From an uncultured Planococcus sp. (GTDB taxonomy: Bacteria > Bacillota > Bacilli > Bacillales_A > Planococcaceae), in assembly GCA_947493585.1 (NCBI GenBank), contig CANLRI010000007.1, positions 45 to 64,044 of the forward strand: a stretch of 64,000 nt of DNA, written 5' to 3'. Positions 37,830 through 49,670 of this stretch are shown piece after piece. The translations under genes were made by a program, and so were the position numbers. Position 1 is the first letter of the stretch. The number at the start of each line of letters is the position of its first letter. The notes below the pieces were generated by a model that saw only the letters and a list, made by a program, of their open reading frames with translations, searched no databases and was not told the DNA's origin.

Positions 37830-40800
37830 TTATGATTCGCTTCCGACGATCTCTTCTTGCTGGGCTTTTTCGCTTTGCTCGATTTCGATCTGACGGTAGC
37901 GTTGCATGCCAGTCCCTGCTGGAACCAGTTTCCCGATGATGACATTCTCTTTAAGTCCGAGTAGCTCATCGCGTTTTCCTTTGATCGCCGCATCGGTAAG
38001 GACACGAGTCGTTTCTTGGAAGGACGCAGCAGACAAGAACGATTCTGTCTCAAGGGATGCTTTCGTGATCCCGAGGATGACAGGTCGGCTAGTTGCCGGC
38101 ATATTGCCTGCAAGCACTGCTTTTTCATTTGCTTCTGTGAACTGGTGAATATCAAGAAGGGAACCTGGCAGCAAGTCGGTATCTCCAGCTTCAATGACAC
38201 GGACTTTACGGAACATTTGACGAACCATAACTTCAACGTGCTTATCGCCGATTTCTACCCCTTGCATGCGGTAAACTTTTTGAACTTCTTTCAATAGATA
38301 CAATTGGACAGATTGGACTTCTTTGACTTGAAGCAATTGCTTCGGATCAATAGAGCCGTCTGTCAGCACTTCACCGCGCTGGATCGTATCATCTACTTGA
38401 ACTTTCAAACGCGCGTTATAAGGCGCCAAGTATTTGCGTGTTTCCACGTCGCCTTGAATCGTGATTTCCTTCTGGCCTTCGCGGATTTCATCAATCTCGG
38501 TAATCGTACCGGTGATTTCAGAAATAACAGCTTGCCCTTTCGGATTTCTGGATTCGAAGATCTCTTGGATACGCGGCAAACCTTGTGTGATATCGTCTCC
38601 CGCTACACCGCCTGTGTGGAATGTACGCATCGTAAGCTGTGTACCTGGCTCACCGATAGACTGGGCAGCGATGATTCCGACTGCTTCGCCAACTTCCACT
38701 TCGTCGCCTGTCGCGAGGTTCGTACCGTAGCATTTTTTGCAAATGCCGTGTTTTGTATTACAAGTAAAGGCAGAACGGATCGTCACTTCTTTGATGCCGG
38801 CTTCGATTACGAGGCGAGCCAGATCCTGTGTAATAAGTGCATCTCTTTCTACAATCACTTCTTTTGTTTCCGGGTGACGGACCGTTTTCTTAGCGTGACG
38901 GCCGACAATCCGTTCTTCAAGCTCTTCGATGACTTCCGTACCTTCCATGAGTGCGCCAACCAATAAACCACGGTCAGTTCCGCAATCATTCTCACGTACG
39001 ATAGCATCTTGTGCAACATCGACAAGACGGCGAGTCAGGTAACCGGAGTCAGCTGTTTTCAATGCTGTATCGGCAAGACCTTTACGTGCACCGTGAGTCG
39101 AGATGAAGTATTCGAGTACCGTCAAACCTTCACGGAATGAAGATTTGATCGGAAGTTCGATGATGCGGCCAGCCGGGTTGGCCATGAGTCCGCGCATACC
39201 CGCAAGCTGAGTGAAGTTGGACGCGTTACCACGGGCTCCGGAATCACTCATCATGTAAATCGGGTTCAGCGTATCAAGGGATGCCATCAGTTTTTCCTGG
39301 ATGATATCTTTTGCGTTGCTCCAGTATGAGATAACGCGTGTGTAGCGCTCTTCTTCCGTAATCAAACCACGGCGGAATTGCTTCATCACTTTATCTACAT
39401 TGTTCTGAGCTTCAACTAGGATTTCACCTTTGTCAGGTAAGACGACGATATCCGCTACACCAACCGTGATGCCGGCTTGTGTAGAATATTTGAATCCAAG
39501 GCTCTTCATGCGGTCAAGCATCCGTGAAGTTTCCGTAATATGGAAACGTTTGAATACTTCTGCAATGATTTCCCCAAGAATTTTCTTCTTGAACGGCGTT
39601 ACAAGCTCTGATTCTTGGATATGCTTACGAACATCCGTCGTTGTTGGGACGAAGTATTTCGCTGGCGTTTCCACTTGCAGGTTGTAATCGGTCGGTTCAT
39701 TGATATAAGGGAACGATTTCGGAAGAATTTCATTGAAAATGACTTTCCCGACTGTAGTCAGTAGAAGCATTTTATTTTGTTCTTCCGTAAATGTTGGGTT
39801 GCTTACTGATCCAGCTTGAACCGCGATGCGCGTGTGCAAGTGCACATGGCCAGTTTGGTATGCAATCAGCACTTCTTCTGGCCCGGAGAACGTAGCCCCT
39901 TCGCCTGTTGCGGCTTTGCGCTCAAGCGTCAAGTAGTAGTTCCCTAAAACCATATCCTGAGAAGGCGTTACGACCGGTTTTCCGTCTTTCGGGTTCAAGA
40001 TGTTCTGTGCTGCGAGCATGAGAAGGCGAGCTTCTGCTTGCGCTTCAGATGAAAGCGGCACGTGAACGGCCATTTGGTCACCATCAAAGTCGGCGTTGTA
40101 AGCCGTACAAACGAGCGGGTGAAGGCGGATTGCCTTACCTTCAACGAGTGTTGGTTCAAATGCTTGGATACCCAATCTGTGAAGTGTCGGTGCGCGGTTC
40201 AAAAGAACCGGATGCTCCTTGATGACATCTTCAAGAACATCCCAAACTTCCGAATGGAGACGTTCGATTTTGCGTTTCGCGCTCTTGATGTTATGTGCGA
40301 GTCCACGTTCAACCAATTCTTTCATAACAAATGGCTTGAACAGTTCAATCGCCATGCCTTTCGGCAGACCACATTGGTACATTTTCAAGTTCGGTCCAAC
40401 GACGATTACAGAACGTCCAGAATAATCGACTCGTTTTCCGAGCAAGTTCTGGCGGAAACGTCCTTGTTTCCCTTTCAGCATGTGAGAAAGAGATTTCAAC
40501 GGACGGTTACCTGGTCCTGTAACCGGACGGCCGCGACGGCCATTGTCAATCAACGCATCGACTGCTTCTTGCAGCATGCGTTTTTCGTTCTGGACGATGA
40601 TGCTAGGTGCACCAAGGTCAAGCAAGCGCTTGAGGCGGTTGTTCCGGTTGATGACGCGGCGGTAAAGGTCGTTCAAATCGGAAGTCGCAAAACGACCGCC
40701 GTCAAGCTGAACCATCGGACGCAATTCTGGCGGGATGACCGGTAGAACATCTAGGATCATCCAATCTGGATTGTTTCCAGAGTTACGGAAAGACTCGACC

Positions 40801-41435
40801 ACTTCAAGGCGTTTGATCGCACGTGTGCGGCGCTGGCCTTGTGCAGATTTAAGTTCTTCTTTCAATGCATCTGTTTCACGTTCCAAATCGATTTCCTGAA
40901 GCAAACGTTTGATTGCCTCAGCACCCATTGCTGCTTGGAATTTCTTGCCGAATTTATCGCGGTATGCGCGATATTCTTTTTCGGAAAGCAATTGTTTTTT
41001 CTCGAGTGGCGTATCCGCCGGATCGATTACTACATAAGAAGCAAAGTAGATGACTTCTTCCAAAGAACGCGGGGACATATCCAAGATAAGGCCCATGCGG
41101 CTTGGGATTCCTTTGAAATACCAAATATGGGAAACCGGTGCTGCAAGCTCGATATGGCCCATGCGCTCACGGCGCACTTTTGAACGGGTTACTTCGACTC
41201 CACAGCGGTCACAGACGACGCCTTTATAACGGACGCGTTTGTATTTTCCGCAATGACATTCCCAGTCTTTTGTAGGACCGAAAATACGTTCGCAGAACAA
41301 ACCATCTTTTTCAGGCTTTAACGTACGGTAGTTGATTGTTTCTGGTTTCTTGACTTCCCCATAGGACCATGAGCGAATTTTATCGGGTGATGCCAATCCG
41401 ATTTTCATATACTCAAAATTATTTACATCTATCAA
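37830..41435 (-). CDS. rpoC: DNA-directed RNA polymerase subunit beta'
   Basis: 1201 aa. TTG start after an AAGGGAGGT Shine-Dalgarno. NADFDGD catalytic motif. Collinear with B. subtilis RpoC. Confidence 0.98.
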   Translation of the reverse strand: MIDVNNFEYMKIGLASPDKIRSWSYGEVKKPETINYRTLKPEKDGLFCERIFGPTKDWECHCGKYKRVRYKGVVCDRCGVEVTRSKVRRERMGHIELAAPVSHIWYFKGIPSRMGLILDMSPRSLEEVIYFASYVVIDPADTPLEKKQLLSEKEYRAYRDKFGKKFQAAMGAEAIKRLLQEIDLERETDALKEELKSAQGQRRTRAIKRLEVVESFRNSGNNPDWMILDVLPVIPPELRPMVQLDGGRFATSDLNDLYRRVINRNNRLKRLLDLGAPSIIVQNEKRMLQEAVDALIDNGRRGRPVTGPGNRPLKSLSHMLKGKQGRFRQNLLGKRVDYSGRSVIVVGPNLKMYQCGLPKGMAIELFKPFVMKELVERGLAHNIKSAKRKIERLHSEVWDVLEDVIKEHPVLLNRAPTLHRLGIQAFEPTLVEGKAIRLHPLVCTAYNADFDGDQMAVHVPLSSEAQAEARLLMLAAQNILNPKDGKPVVTPSQDMVLGNYYLTLERKAATGEGATFSGPEEVLIAYQTGHVHLHTRIAVQAGSVSNPTFTEEQNKMLLLTTVGKVIFNEILPKSFPYINEPTDYNLQVETPAKYFVPTTTDVRKHIQESELVTPFKKKILGEIIAEVFKRFHITETSRMLDRMKSLGFKYSTQAGITVGVADIVVLPDKGEILVEAQNNVDKVMKQFRRGLITEEERYTRVISYWSNAKDIIQEKLMASLDTLNPIYMMSDSGARGNASNFTQLAGMRGLMANPAGRIIELPIKSSFREGLTVLEYFISTHGARKGLADTALKTADSGYLTRRLVDVAQDAIVRENDCGTDRGLLVGALMEGTEVIEELEERIVGRHAKKTVRHPETKEVIVERDALITQDLARLVIEAGIKEVTIRSAFTCNTKHGICKKCYGTNLATGDEVEVGEAVGIIAAQSIGEPGTQLTMRTFHTGGVAGDDITQGLPRIQEIFESRNPKGQAVISEITGTITEIDEIREGQKEITIQGDVETRKYLAPYNARLKVQVDDTIQRGEVLTDGSIDPKQLLQVKEVQSVQLYLLKEVQKVYRMQGVEIGDKHVEVMVRQMFRKVRVIEAGDTDLLPGSLLDIHQFTEANEKAVLAGNMPATSRPVILGITKASLETESFLSAASFQETTRVLTDAAIKGKRDELLGLKENVIIGKLVPAGTGMQRYRQIEIEQSEKAQQEEIVGSES

Positions 41436-41545
41436 GGAGCCTACCTCCCTTTTGTCTCGAGTTTCTGTACGGCTCTTCCTCGTTTATGGATAAATCGATA
41501 AGTTTCCGCCCGGCGCTGTGCCGGACGGTTTCTTCTATATATACG

Positions 41546-44500
41546 TTATTCAATCGTGCCTACTGGTGATTCTTCGTCAGCGATTGGCAAGATGTTAAGT
41601 GAATCTGCAGGTTGAAGATCGTCTTCTTCATCCAAATCGCGCAATTCGATTTCTTCATCATCGATTGTGAGCATTTTGACGTCCATACCCAAACTTTGAA
41701 GCTCTTTGATCAATACTTTGAATGATTCTGGAACGCTTGGTTCTGGAACACTTTCACCTTTGACAATTGCCTCGTACGTTTTCACACGGCCGACCACGTC
41801 ATCTGACTTAACTGTCAAGATTTCCTGGAGGGTATGCGCAGCACCATATGCTTCAAGTGCCCAAACTTCCATCTCCCCGAAACGCTGACCGCCAAATTGC
41901 GCTTTACCGCCGAGTGGCTGCTGGGTAACGAGTGAGTATGGTCCAGTTGAACGTGCATGGAGTTTATCGTCAACCATGTGTGCCAGTTTGATCATGTACA
42001 TGATCCCGACAGATACACGGTTGTCGAACGGCTCACCGGAGCGGCCATCATAAAGGATGGTTTTTCCATCGCGCGGCATTCCGGCTTCTTCCATCGTTTC
42101 CCAAACATCTTCTTCGTTCGCACCATCGAATACCGATGAAGCCATATGAAGGCCTAGAGAACGGGAAGCCATACCAAGGTGAAGTTCAAGCACCTGCCCG
42201 ATATTCATACGGGACGGAACACCAAGCGGGTTCAACATGATATCGATCGGTGTGCCATCCGGCATGAATGGCATATCTTCTTCCGGCAAGATGCGAGAGA
42301 TAACACCTTTGTTACCGTGACGTCCGGCCATTTTGTCCCCAACGGAGATTTTCCGTTTTTGAACGATATAAGCACGTACCAATTGGTTAACGCCCGGCGG
42401 CAATTCGTCGCCATCTTCGCGGTTAAAGATTTTCACATCAAGCACGATCCCGCCTGCACCATGAGGCACACGCAAGGAAGTATCACGCACTTCACGCGCT
42501 TTTTCACCAAAGATCGCATGGAGCAGACGCTCTTCTGCTGTCAGTTCTGTAACCCCTTTAGGCGTTACTTTACCGACTAGAATGTCGCCATCTTTCACTT
42601 CAGCACCGACACGGATAATGCCGCGGTCGTCTAAGTTGCGTAGAGCATCTTCGCCGACGTTTGGAATATCACGCGTGATTTCTTCAGGCCCGAGCTTTGT
42701 ATCACGGGAATCTGATTCGTATTCTTCAATGTGGATCGACGTGTAGACGTCATCTTTTACAAGGCGCTCACTCATGATGATCGCATCCTCATAGTTAAAG
42801 CCGTCCCAAGTCATGAATCCGACAAGCACGTTACGGCCAAGCGCCATTTCACCGCGTTCCATTGAAGGTCCGTCAGCCAGGATATCGCGTTTTTCTACGC
42901 GGTCGCCGACTTTGACGATTGGACGCTGGTTATAGCTGGTACCTTGGTTTGAACGGATGAATTTCTGCAGGCGGTACGTATCCACATCGCCTTTGACTTC
43001 ATTGCCTTCTACGTTTTCGATGCGGCGAACGCGAATCTCTTTCGCTTCAACGAATTCAACAATTCCGCCATGCTTCGCGATAACGGCAGCACCTGAATCA
43101 CGTGCGGCAAGATGCTCCATGCCAGTTCCGACAAACGGTGCTTCTGGATTCAATAGAGGCACGGCTTGACGCTGCATGTTCGCTCCCATCAACGCACGGT
43201 TGGAGTCATCGTTTTCAAGGAACGGAATACAAGCAGTCGCAACGGACACGACTTGTTTTGGAGAAACGTCCATATAATCGATGCTCGAGCGGCTGTAAAC
43301 AGTGTTCTCACCGCGGAAGCGTGCAACGACTTCTTCTTCGACAAACGATCCGTCTTCATTCAAGCGTGAGTTTGCCTGAGCGACGACATAGTTGTCTTCT
43401 TCATCAGCCGTTAGATAATCGATCTGGTCGGTGACTTTATTCGTCTCCGGATCGACGCGGCGATAAGGTGTTTCGATGAATCCGAATTTATTCACTTTCG
43501 CAAATGTTGAAAGCGTGTTGATCAAGCCGATGTTCGGGCCCTCAGGCGTTTCAATCGGACACATGCGGCCATAGTGGGAGTAGTGAACGTCACGCACTTC
43601 AAAGCCGGCGCGCTCACGCGTCAAACCACCGGGCCCAAGCGCAGATAGACGGCGTTTATGCGTCAATTCAGCAAGCGGGTTCGTTTGGTCCATGAACTGC
43701 GACAACTGGGAACTGCCGAAGAACTCTTTAATCGATGCAATAACCGGACGGATATTGATCAATTGCTGCGGTACGATCGATTGCGTGTCATTAATTGACA
43801 TACGCTCGCGCACAACACGTTCCATACGGGACAAGCCAATACGGAATTGATTCTGCAAAAGTTCACCAACCGAACGCAAACGACGGTTACCGAGGTGGTC
43901 AATATCATCTGTATTGCCGACGCCATGCAGCAAGTTGAAGAAATAGCTGATAGACGAAATGATATCTGCAGGTGTTACGTTTTTGATCTTGTCTTCGATA
44001 TATGCGTTGCTGATGACAGTAATTTCTTTTTGCTCATCGTCATTCGGCGCATAGATTTTAATGGATTGGAGTGTCACGTCGTCTTCAAGCACGCCTCCAG
44101 CTTGGGAAACGGTATGGAAACCGACGCCATTTTCCAAATTAGGGATCAGGCGGTCAAGGACACGGCGGTCAATAACAGTTCCAGCTTCTACTAAAATTTC
44201 GCCCGTTTCAGGATCGACAAGTGTTTCTGCAATTGTCTGATTGAACAAACGGTTTTTAATATGAAGCTTTTTGTTCATCTTGTAGCGGCCGACATTCGCC
44301 AAATCGTAGCGTTTTGGGTCGAAGAAACGCGAATAGAGTAAGCTCTTAGCGCTTTCTACAGTCGGTGGCTCTCCAGGACGTAGGCGCTCATAAATTTCAA
44401 GAAGCGCTTTTTCCGTGTTTTCGGTATTGTCTTTTTCCAATGTGTTCTGCAAGTACTCGTTATCGCCGAGCAATTCAATGATTTCCTGATCGGAACCAAA

Positions 44501-45100
44501 GCCTAGTGCACGCAAAAGAACCGTTACAGGCAATTTGCGCGTGCGATCGATGCGTACGTATACGACATCTTTTGCATCAGTTTCATATTCAAGCCATGCA
44601 CCACGGTTTGGAATGACAGTAGCGCCAAAACCACGTTTGCCGTTTTTATCTGTCTTGTCGTGGAAATAAACACTCGGTGAGCGTACTAATTGCGAAACGA
44701 TAACGCGCTCTGCACCGTTGATGACAAAAGTACCAGTTTCTGTCATCAATGGGAAATCACCCATGAAGACGTCCTGTTCTTTCACTTCATCCGTTTCTTT
44801 GTTGTGAAGACGCACTTTTACGCGAAGTGGTGCTGCGTAAGTAACGTCCCGTTCTTTCGATTCATCAACCGGGTACTTAGGATCCGCTAGGCTGTAGTCG
44901 ACGAATTCCAAGGAAAGGTTTCCTGTGAAATCTTCGATTGGTGAAATGTCGCGGAACATTTCACGAAGCCCCTCTTCTAAGAACCATTCGTAAGAAGACG
45001 ATTGGATCTCAATCAGATTCGGGAGATCTAGAACTTCACTGATTCTCGAAAAACTTCTGCGTTGACGATGCTGACCGTACTGAACTAGTTGACCTGTCAA
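41546..45100 (-). CDS. rpoB: DNA-directed RNA polymerase subunit beta
   Basis: The track start at 45109 (GTG) lies inside the GAGGGGTG Shine-Dalgarno. TTG at 45100 gives (M)[16 protein letters not shown], matching the B. subtilis N-terminus. Confidence 0.97.
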   Translation of the reverse strand: MTGQLVQYGQHRQRRSFSRISEVLDLPNLIEIQSSSYEWFLEEGLREMFRDISPIEDFTGNLSLEFVDYSLADPKYPVDESKERDVTYAAPLRVKVRLHNKETDEVKEQDVFMGDFPLMTETGTFVINGAERVIVSQLVRSPSVYFHDKTDKNGKRGFGATVIPNRGAWLEYETDAKDVVYVRIDRTRKLPVTVLLRALGFGSDQEIIELLGDNEYLQNTLEKDNTENTEKALLEIYERLRPGEPPTVESAKSLLYSRFFDPKRYDLANVGRYKMNKKLHIKNRLFNQTIAETLVDPETGEILVEAGTVIDRRVLDRLIPNLENGVGFHTVSQAGGVLEDDVTLQSIKIYAPNDDEQKEITVISNAYIEDKIKNVTPADIISSISYFFNLLHGVGNTDDIDHLGNRRLRSVGELLQNQFRIGLSRMERVVRERMSINDTQSIVPQQLINIRPVIASIKEFFGSSQLSQFMDQTNPLAELTHKRRLSALGPGGLTRERAGFEVRDVHYSHYGRMCPIETPEGPNIGLINTLSTFAKVNKFGFIETPYRRVDPETNKVTDQIDYLTADEEDNYVVAQANSRLNEDGSFVEEEVVARFRGENTVYSRSSIDYMDVSPKQVVSVATACIPFLENDDSNRALMGANMQRQAVPLLNPEAPFVGTGMEHLAARDSGAAVIAKHGGIVEFVEAKEIRVRRIENVEGNEVKGDVDTYRLQKFIRSNQGTSYNQRPIVKVGDRVEKRDILADGPSMERGEMALGRNVLVGFMTWDGFNYEDAIIMSERLVKDDVYTSIHIEEYESDSRDTKLGPEEITRDIPNVGEDALRNLDDRGIIRVGAEVKDGDILVGKVTPKGVTELTAEERLLHAIFGEKAREVRDTSLRVPHGAGGIVLDVKIFNREDGDELPPGVNQLVRAYIVQKRKISVGDKMAGRHGNKGVISRILPEEDMPFMPDGTPIDIMLNPLGVPSRMNIGQVLELHLGMASRSLGLHMASSVFDGANEEDVWETMEEAGMPRDGKTILYDGRSGEPFDNRVSVGIMYMIKLAHMVDDKLHARSTGPYSLVTQQPLGGKAQFGGQRFGEMEVWALEAYGAAHTLQEILTVKSDDVVGRVKTYEAIVKGESVPEPSVPESFKVLIKELQSLGMDVKMLTIDDEEIELRDLDEEDDLQPADSLNILPIADEESPVGTIE

Positions 45101-45316
45101 CTTATTCACCCCTCAATAAAACGATTATAGGACTTTGCGATATCTGTAAAATAGTGTATGATATCGAAAAGACAAAAAGAAAACGAGACCGCATATGAGC
45201 TCATTTTCGGTTTACACATGTTAAAACTGGCCGCCATGCTCTGCCCGAAAAAGGGCAAACGACCTCAAAATAATATTTTTTGCATTTTATTATAATATCA
45301 CAGGCATTTTGTCAAG

Positions 45317-45919
45317 TCAAACTTTTCTGGCCTCAAAAATAAAGTAACCTTTCTTCTTATCAGCGACTCGAACGTCGCCAAACAACTCCTGCAATTTCTC
45401 TTGAGTCGAAGGGGCGCCTTGTTTTTTCTGGATGACTACCCATAATGATCCGGAAGCTGCGAGTTTTTCGTACGCTTCTTCATAAAACCGAAAAATCGTC
45501 TCTTTCCCCGCACGGATTGGCGGATTGGTTAGAATGGCAGCGAACTCTTGTTGTTCGACACCTGACAAGCCGTCACTTTCATAGACTGAAACATTTTCAA
45601 CACCGTTTAATACGGTGTTTTTTTGTGCAAGTTCAATGGCCCTGGCGTTGATGTCCACCATGTGCACATGTCTTTGTGGCAATGCTTTGGCGATAGCCAT
45701 TCCGATCGGTCCATACCCACAGCCAACATCAAGGATCGGCCCTTCTATAGCTGGTTCATCAAACGCCTCGATCAATAGCCGTGAACCGAAGTCGATATCA
45801 TTTTTGCTGAAAACGCCTGAATCCGTTTGAAACCGGAACGCCTCGCCCCGCAACGTGTAGGTCCACTCTTGGGGTTTGCTTTTAGTTTGGGGATTTTTAG
45901 AATAATAATGTTGGGACAT
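45317..45919 (-). CDS. class I SAM-dependent methyltransferase (YbxB / RsmC-RlmG small-domain type)
   Basis: Trimmed to MSQHYYSKNPQ (200 aa). Motif I DVGCGYGPIG and NPPIRAG motif IV. Same rplL-ybxB-rpoB position as in B. subtilis. Confidence 0.85.
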   Translation of the reverse strand: MSQHYYSKNPQTKSKPQEWTYTLRGEAFRFQTDSGVFSKNDIDFGSRLLIEAFDEPAIEGPILDVGCGYGPIGMAIAKALPQRHVHMVDINARAIELAQKNTVLNGVENVSVYESDGLSGVEQQEFAAILTNPPIRAGKETIFRFYEEAYEKLAASGSLWVVIQKKQGAPSTQEKLQELFGDVRVADKKKGYFIFEARKV

Positions 45920-45971
45920 ACGGAGCCCTCCTTCCTTCATACAATCTCAAGTGCTTCCGGGATTGGATTTA

Positions 45972-46010
45972 AAAAGAAGAAAAAGCCCGTCGGTAAATAC
46001 TGACGAGCTT
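45972..46010 (-). terminator. intrinsic terminator or attenuator after rplL
   Basis: Stem AGCTCGTCAG-TATTTAC-CGACGGGCT followed by a T-rich run. Confidence 0.65.
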
Positions 46011-46032
46011 TCTTTCTTATAATATAAGGGAA

Positions 46033-46392
46033 TTATTTAACTTCTACAGAAGCGCCAACTTCTTCAAGTTTAGCTTTGATTTCTTCAGCTTCTTCTTTAG
46101 TAGCGCCTTCTTTAAGAGCTTTAGGAGCTTCGTCAACAAGACCTTTCGCTTCTTTCAAGCCAAGGCCTGTAACTTCGCGAACAACTTTGATGACTTTGAT
46201 TTTTTGGTCGCCAGCAGAGTTAAGGATTACGTCGAATTCAGTTTGCTCTGCTTCAGCAGCGCCACCAGCAGCAGCTGCAGCAACTGGAGCAGCAGCAGTT
46301 ACGCCGAACTCGTCTTCGATTGCTTTTACTAGGTCGTTAAGTTGAAGAACTGTCATTTCTTTGATTGCTTCTAGAATTTGTTCTTGTGTCAT
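46033..46392 (-). CDS. rplL: 50S ribosomal protein L7/L12
   Basis: 119 aa with an Ala-rich hinge [17 protein letters not shown]. Confidence 0.97.
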   Translation of the reverse strand: MTQEQILEAIKEMTVLQLNDLVKAIEDEFGVTAAAPVAAAAAGGAAEAEQTEFDVILNSAGDQKIKVIKVVREVTGLGLKEAKGLVDEAPKALKEGATKEEAEEIKAKLEEVGASVEVK

Positions 46393-46446
46393 TATAATTT
46401 CCTCCTATGATAGGTAATTTTTTGTGGTGCTCAGGATGCTAAGAGA

Positions 46447-46947
46447 TTAAGCGCCCTGTTCTTCTTTTTGGTCTGCAACTGCTTTTGTTGTAGCAGCGAA
46501 GTTGCGGACTGGAGCTTGTAGTACGCTGAGTAGCATAGACAATAGGCCTTCGCGCGATGGAAGTTCAGCAAGAGCTTTCATTTCATCTGCAGATGCAACA
46601 TTGCCTTCGATGATACCGGCTTTAATTTCTAGTGCTTCGTTCTCTTTTGCGAAGTTGTTGATGATTCGCGCAGGAGCAACGACGTCTTCGTTCGAGAATG
46701 CGATAGCGTTCGGTCCTGTGAAGTGTTCGTTGATCGCTTCAAGACCGTGAACTTCTGTCGCGCGGCGAGTCATGGAGTTTTTGTAAACTTTAAACTCGAT
46801 GCCTTCCTCACGAAGCTGTTTACGAAGTTCTGTAAGTTGGGCAACGTTCAAACCGCGGTAGTCAACAACGACAACCGATTGTGCAGCGTCGAATTTGTCA
46901 GCGATTGTTTGCACAACAACTTTTTTCGTTTCAATTGCTTTGCTCAT
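46447..46947 (-). CDS. rplJ: 50S ribosomal protein L10
   Basis: Trimmed to [19 protein letters not shown] (166 aa). Confidence 0.96.
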   Translation of the reverse strand: MSKAIETKKVVVQTIADKFDAAQSVVVVDYRGLNVAQLTELRKQLREEGIEFKVYKNSMTRRATEVHGLEAINEHFTGPNAIAFSNEDVVAPARIINNFAKENEALEIKAGIIEGNVASADEMKALAELPSREGLLSMLLSVLQAPVRNFAATTKAVADQKEEQGA

Positions 46948-47136
46948 GTGGGCACCTCCTATAGATTTGTCATTCATACCGTCCGTCCATAAGAAAAGCC
47001 TCTGGTCCAGTACAGACACAGAGGCATAAAATCAGCATCAATTAAGATGGTATCTGAATTCATCATGTCCTCGGCAGGGATTCATTAAGCGGCAAGCCGC
47101 CCCTACTGTCTGCGGTACAAATGGTTATTTCACAAC
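46948..47136 (-). promoter_or_regulatory. rplJ leader (L10-leader-type attenuator) with an internal terminator hairpin
   Basis: ~190-nt 5' UTR. Hairpin GCCTCTGTGTCTGTACTGGACCAGAGGC at 46998..47025 followed by TTTTCTT. Firmicutes carry the L10(L12)4-responsive leader at this position. No covariance model was run. Confidence 0.6.
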
Positions 47137-47142
47137 TTCGCC

Positions 47143-47171
47143 AGTATAACGAAGCTGCGAAAGAATGTCAA
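47143..47171 (-). promoter_or_regulatory. sigma-A promoter, TTGACA-17-TATACT, for rplJ-rplL
   Basis: -35 at 47166..47171 and -10 at 47143..47148. Confidence 0.7.
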
Positions 47172-47175
47172 TATT

Positions 47176-47874
47176 TTATTTAACTACTACTTTTGCAGGG
47201 TCTACTTTAACAGCAGGTCCCATTGTAGTCGTTACGTTTAGGGATTTCATGTACGTGCCTTTAGCAGCAGATGGCTTAGCTTTTAGGATCACGTCATAGA
47301 TTGTTTGCAAGTTCTCAGCAAGTTTGTTGTCATCGAAAGACACTTTGCCGATTGGCGCGTGGATGATTCCGGCTTTGTCAGCGCGGTATTCCACTTTACC
47401 AGCTTTGATTTCCTGAACAGCTTTTGCTACATCAAATGTAACAGTTCCTGTTTTCGGGTTTGGCATCAAACCTTTAGGTCCAAGAACGCGTCCAAGTTTA
47501 CCAACTTCGCCCATCATGTCCGGAGTTGCGACGATAACGTCGAAATCGAACCAGCCTTGTTGGATTTTTTGGATGTACTCAGCATCACCGACAAAGTCAG
47601 CTCCTGCTTCTTCAGCTTCTTTCAGTTTATCGCCTTTAGCGAAAACCAAAACGCTTTGAGTTTTACCAGTACCGTTTGGAAGTACGACTGCCCCACGGAT
47701 TTGCTGGTCATTTTTACGCGTGTCGATTCCTAGGCGGAAAGCGACTTCTACAGTAGCATCGAAGTTGACAGTGCTTGCTTTTTTCGCAAGTTCAATCGCT
47801 TCTTTTGCTTCGTAGAACTTAGAACGGTCGATCAGTTTTGCTGCTTCTTGCAGCTTTTTGCCTGTTTTAGCCAT
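47176..47874 (-). CDS. rplA: 50S ribosomal protein L1
   Basis: 232 aa, [19 protein letters not shown]... Confidence 0.97.
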   Translation of the reverse strand: MAKTGKKLQEAAKLIDRSKFYEAKEAIELAKKASTVNFDATVEVAFRLGIDTRKNDQQIRGAVVLPNGTGKTQSVLVFAKGDKLKEAEEAGADFVGDAEYIQKIQQGWFDFDVIVATPDMMGEVGKLGRVLGPKGLMPNPKTGTVTFDVAKAVQEIKAGKVEYRADKAGIIHAPIGKVSFDDNKLAENLQTIYDVILKAKPSAAKGTYMKSLNVTTTMGPAVKVDPAKVVVK

Positions 47875-47980
47875 TTTAAACGTCCTCCTTGTTGTGGTCT
47901 AACGGATTGAACCTCCCACGATTAAGGGCTGCGCTGTTCGCGTTGAACTGCGCAACCCATCCAAAAACAACTTCTTGAAA

Positions 47981-48406
47981 TTAGTCTTCGATTGTAATGC
48001 CCATGCTGCGAGCAGTACCTTCAACCATCAACATTGCAGCTTCAACTGAAGCAGCATTTAGATCTGGCATTTTAGTTTCTGCGATTTCGCGAACTTGGTC
48101 GCGTTTCACAGTCGCTACTTTATTGCGGTTCGGTTCACCTGAACCTGATTCAATACCTGCTGCCTTCTTCAATAGAACTGCAGCTGGCGGAGTTTTCGTA
48201 ATGAAAGTAAATGAACGGTCTTCAAATACCGAAATCTCAACCGGAATAATAAGTCCTGCTTGTTCAGCAGTACGCGCGTTAAATTCTTTACAGAAGCCCA
48301 TGATGTTGACGCCTGCTTGACCTAGTGCTGGTCCTACTGGCGGCGCTGGGTTAGCTTTTGCTGCAGGGATCTGCAATTTTACGACTTTAACTACTTTTTT
48401 AGCCAC
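47981..48406 (-). CDS. rplK: 50S ribosomal protein L11
   Basis: Trimmed to the GTG start (M)[29 protein letters not shown] (141 aa), 6 nt after an AAGGAGGTG Shine-Dalgarno. Confidence 0.96.
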   Translation of the reverse strand: MAKKVVKVVKLQIPAAKANPAPPVGPALGQAGVNIMGFCKEFNARTAEQAGLIIPVEISVFEDRSFTFITKTPPAAVLLKKAAGIESGSGEPNRNKVATVKRDQVREIAETKMPDLNAASVEAAMLMVEGTARSMGITIED

Positions 48407-48541
48407 GAAACACACCTCCTTAAGTCCGTGATGTGGTAATAGGGTTGCCCCTCCCACTCATATCTGTCCGTCAACTTGATTTTCGTTGATAGAATTAATT
48501 GGTTTGTACAGATGCTGCGCTTTGGCAGTCTGACCTATGAA

Positions 48542-48570
48542 ATGATACCACCATTGCAAATAAATAGCAA
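48542..48570 (-). promoter_or_regulatory. sigma-A promoter, TTGCTA-17-TGgTATCAT (extended -10), for rplK-rplA
   Basis: -35 at 48565..48570 and -10 at 48542..48547, just downstream of the nusG stop. Confidence 0.55.
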
Positions 48571-48579
48571 GAGGCGTTG

Positions 48580-49113
48580 TTATACTTTTTGGACCTGCTC
48601 GAAATCGAGCTCCATTTTCGTTTCGCGCCCGAAGATGTCGATCGATACTTTGACTTTGCCTTTCGTATCGTCGATTTCTTCGACTTTCCCTTGGAAGTTG
48701 GCGAATGGCCCTTCCATGACTTCGACTGTATCCGCGACTGCAAAATCGATATCCACTTTGCGTTCGGTCATGCCCATTTGCTTGAGGATGAAATCGACTT
48801 CTTCTTCTAGAAGAGGTGTCGGTTTTGCTCCTCCGCCTGATGAACCGATAAATCCGGTCACACCCGGCGTATTGCGGACGACATACCACGACTCATCTGT
48901 CATGACCAATTCGACTAGCACGTAACCTGGGAAGGTTTTGCGCATGACTGTGCGTTTTTTGCCGTCTTTGAAATCTGTTTCCTGTTCTTCAGGGATGATG
49001 ACGCGGAAGATCAAATCTTCCATTCCCATTGTTTCTACGCGTTTTTCCAGGTTTGCTTTCACCTTGTTTTCGTAACCGGAATACGTATGGACTACATACC
49101 AATTTTTCTCCAT
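48580..49113 (-). CDS. nusG: transcription termination/antitermination factor NusG
   Basis: 177 aa, MEKNWYVVHTYSGYENKVKANLEKRV..., C-terminal KOW domain. Confidence 0.97.
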   Translation of the reverse strand: MEKNWYVVHTYSGYENKVKANLEKRVETMGMEDLIFRVIIPEEQETDFKDGKKRTVMRKTFPGYVLVELVMTDESWYVVRNTPGVTGFIGSSGGGAKPTPLLEEEVDFILKQMGMTERKVDIDFAVADTVEVMEGPFANFQGKVEEIDDTKGKVKVSIDIFGRETKMELDFEQVQKV

Positions 49114-49209
49114 ATTCGAGCGGACTAAGCGTCCATCCCTCCTTTTTTACAAATGAAAAAACCCGTTCCATGGAATGACGGGCTATTTTTCGTTATTCTT
49201 ATGACTGTG

Positions 49210-49395
49210 TTACAGTGCCAGGAACCAACGGAATACTTCCGATATGCCAGTGTCGATCAATGCGAAGAAAAGAGCCATGAAGATGACCGTTGACAGGACG
49301 ACGATTGTATAACGCGTCAATTCCTTGCGTTTTGGCCAGCTAACTTTTCTCATTTCCGAAACGACATTTTTAAAGAAATCGCCAATGTTACCCAT
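49210..49395 (-). CDS. secE: preprotein translocase subunit SecE
   Basis: 61 aa with a single transmembrane segment. Lies between rpmG and nusG. Confidence 0.9.
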   Translation of the reverse strand: MGNIGDFFKNVVSEMRKVSWPKRKELTRYTIVVLSTVIFMALFFALIDTGISEVFRWFLAL

Positions 49396-49454
49396 TATCG
49401 TAAAAACCTCCGAATTTCAAAATCACTCTATATCGTCCGGCATTCAAAGCAATA

Positions 49455-49601
49455 TTATTTCGTTTGTTTATGCACGGTATGCTCGTTGCAGTGAGCACAG
49501 AATTTTTTGAGTTCCAAACGTGTGCTTGAATCCGCTTTCGCAGGTACCGCATAATTACGGGAAGCACATTTCGAGCAGCTCAACACGATTTTTTTAGCCA
49601 T
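49455..49601 (-). CDS. rpmG: 50S ribosomal protein L33
   Basis: Absent from the ORF track because it is under 60 aa. Manual translation gives MAKKIVLSCSKCASRNYAVPAKADSSTRLELKKFCAHCNEHTVHKQTK (CxxC...CxxC). GGTGAG Shine-Dalgarno. Confidence 0.92.
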   Translation of the reverse strand: MAKKIVLSCSKCASRNYAVPAKADSSTRLELKKFCAHCNEHTVHKQTK

Positions 49602-49635
49602 TATTCTCACCTTGCTCTATTTTACAGCTTTTTCA

Positions 49636-49664
49636 AGAGTATCATCATAAAAACTTGCTGTCAA
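49636..49664 (-). promoter_or_regulatory. sigma-A promoter, TTGACA-17-TGaTACTCT, for rpmG-secE-nusG
   Basis: -35 at 49659..49664 and -10 at 49636..49641, with TG at -15/-14. Confidence 0.65.
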
Positions 49665-49670
49665 TAGTAC

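Noticed and set aside
37748-38236. Minus-strand alternative-frame ORFs overlapping real genes: 37748..38236 (162 aa, in rpoC), 992..1576 (in mrp), 14144..14371 (Lys-rich, in rplF) and 48458..48889 (in nusG).
   Set aside because: They are out of frame with strongly conserved proteins, lack Shine-Dalgarno sequences and have biased composition. The in-frame gene explains the sequence conservation.
45110-45316. Promoter-like TTGACA...TATAAT upstream of rpoB (about 45282..45312), overlapping the methyltransferase stop.
   Set aside because: The spacer is only 15 nt, so it is sub-optimal. rpoB is probably mostly transcribed by read-through from rplJL and the methyltransferase gene. It is not listed as a feature, though a weak internal promoter remains possible.
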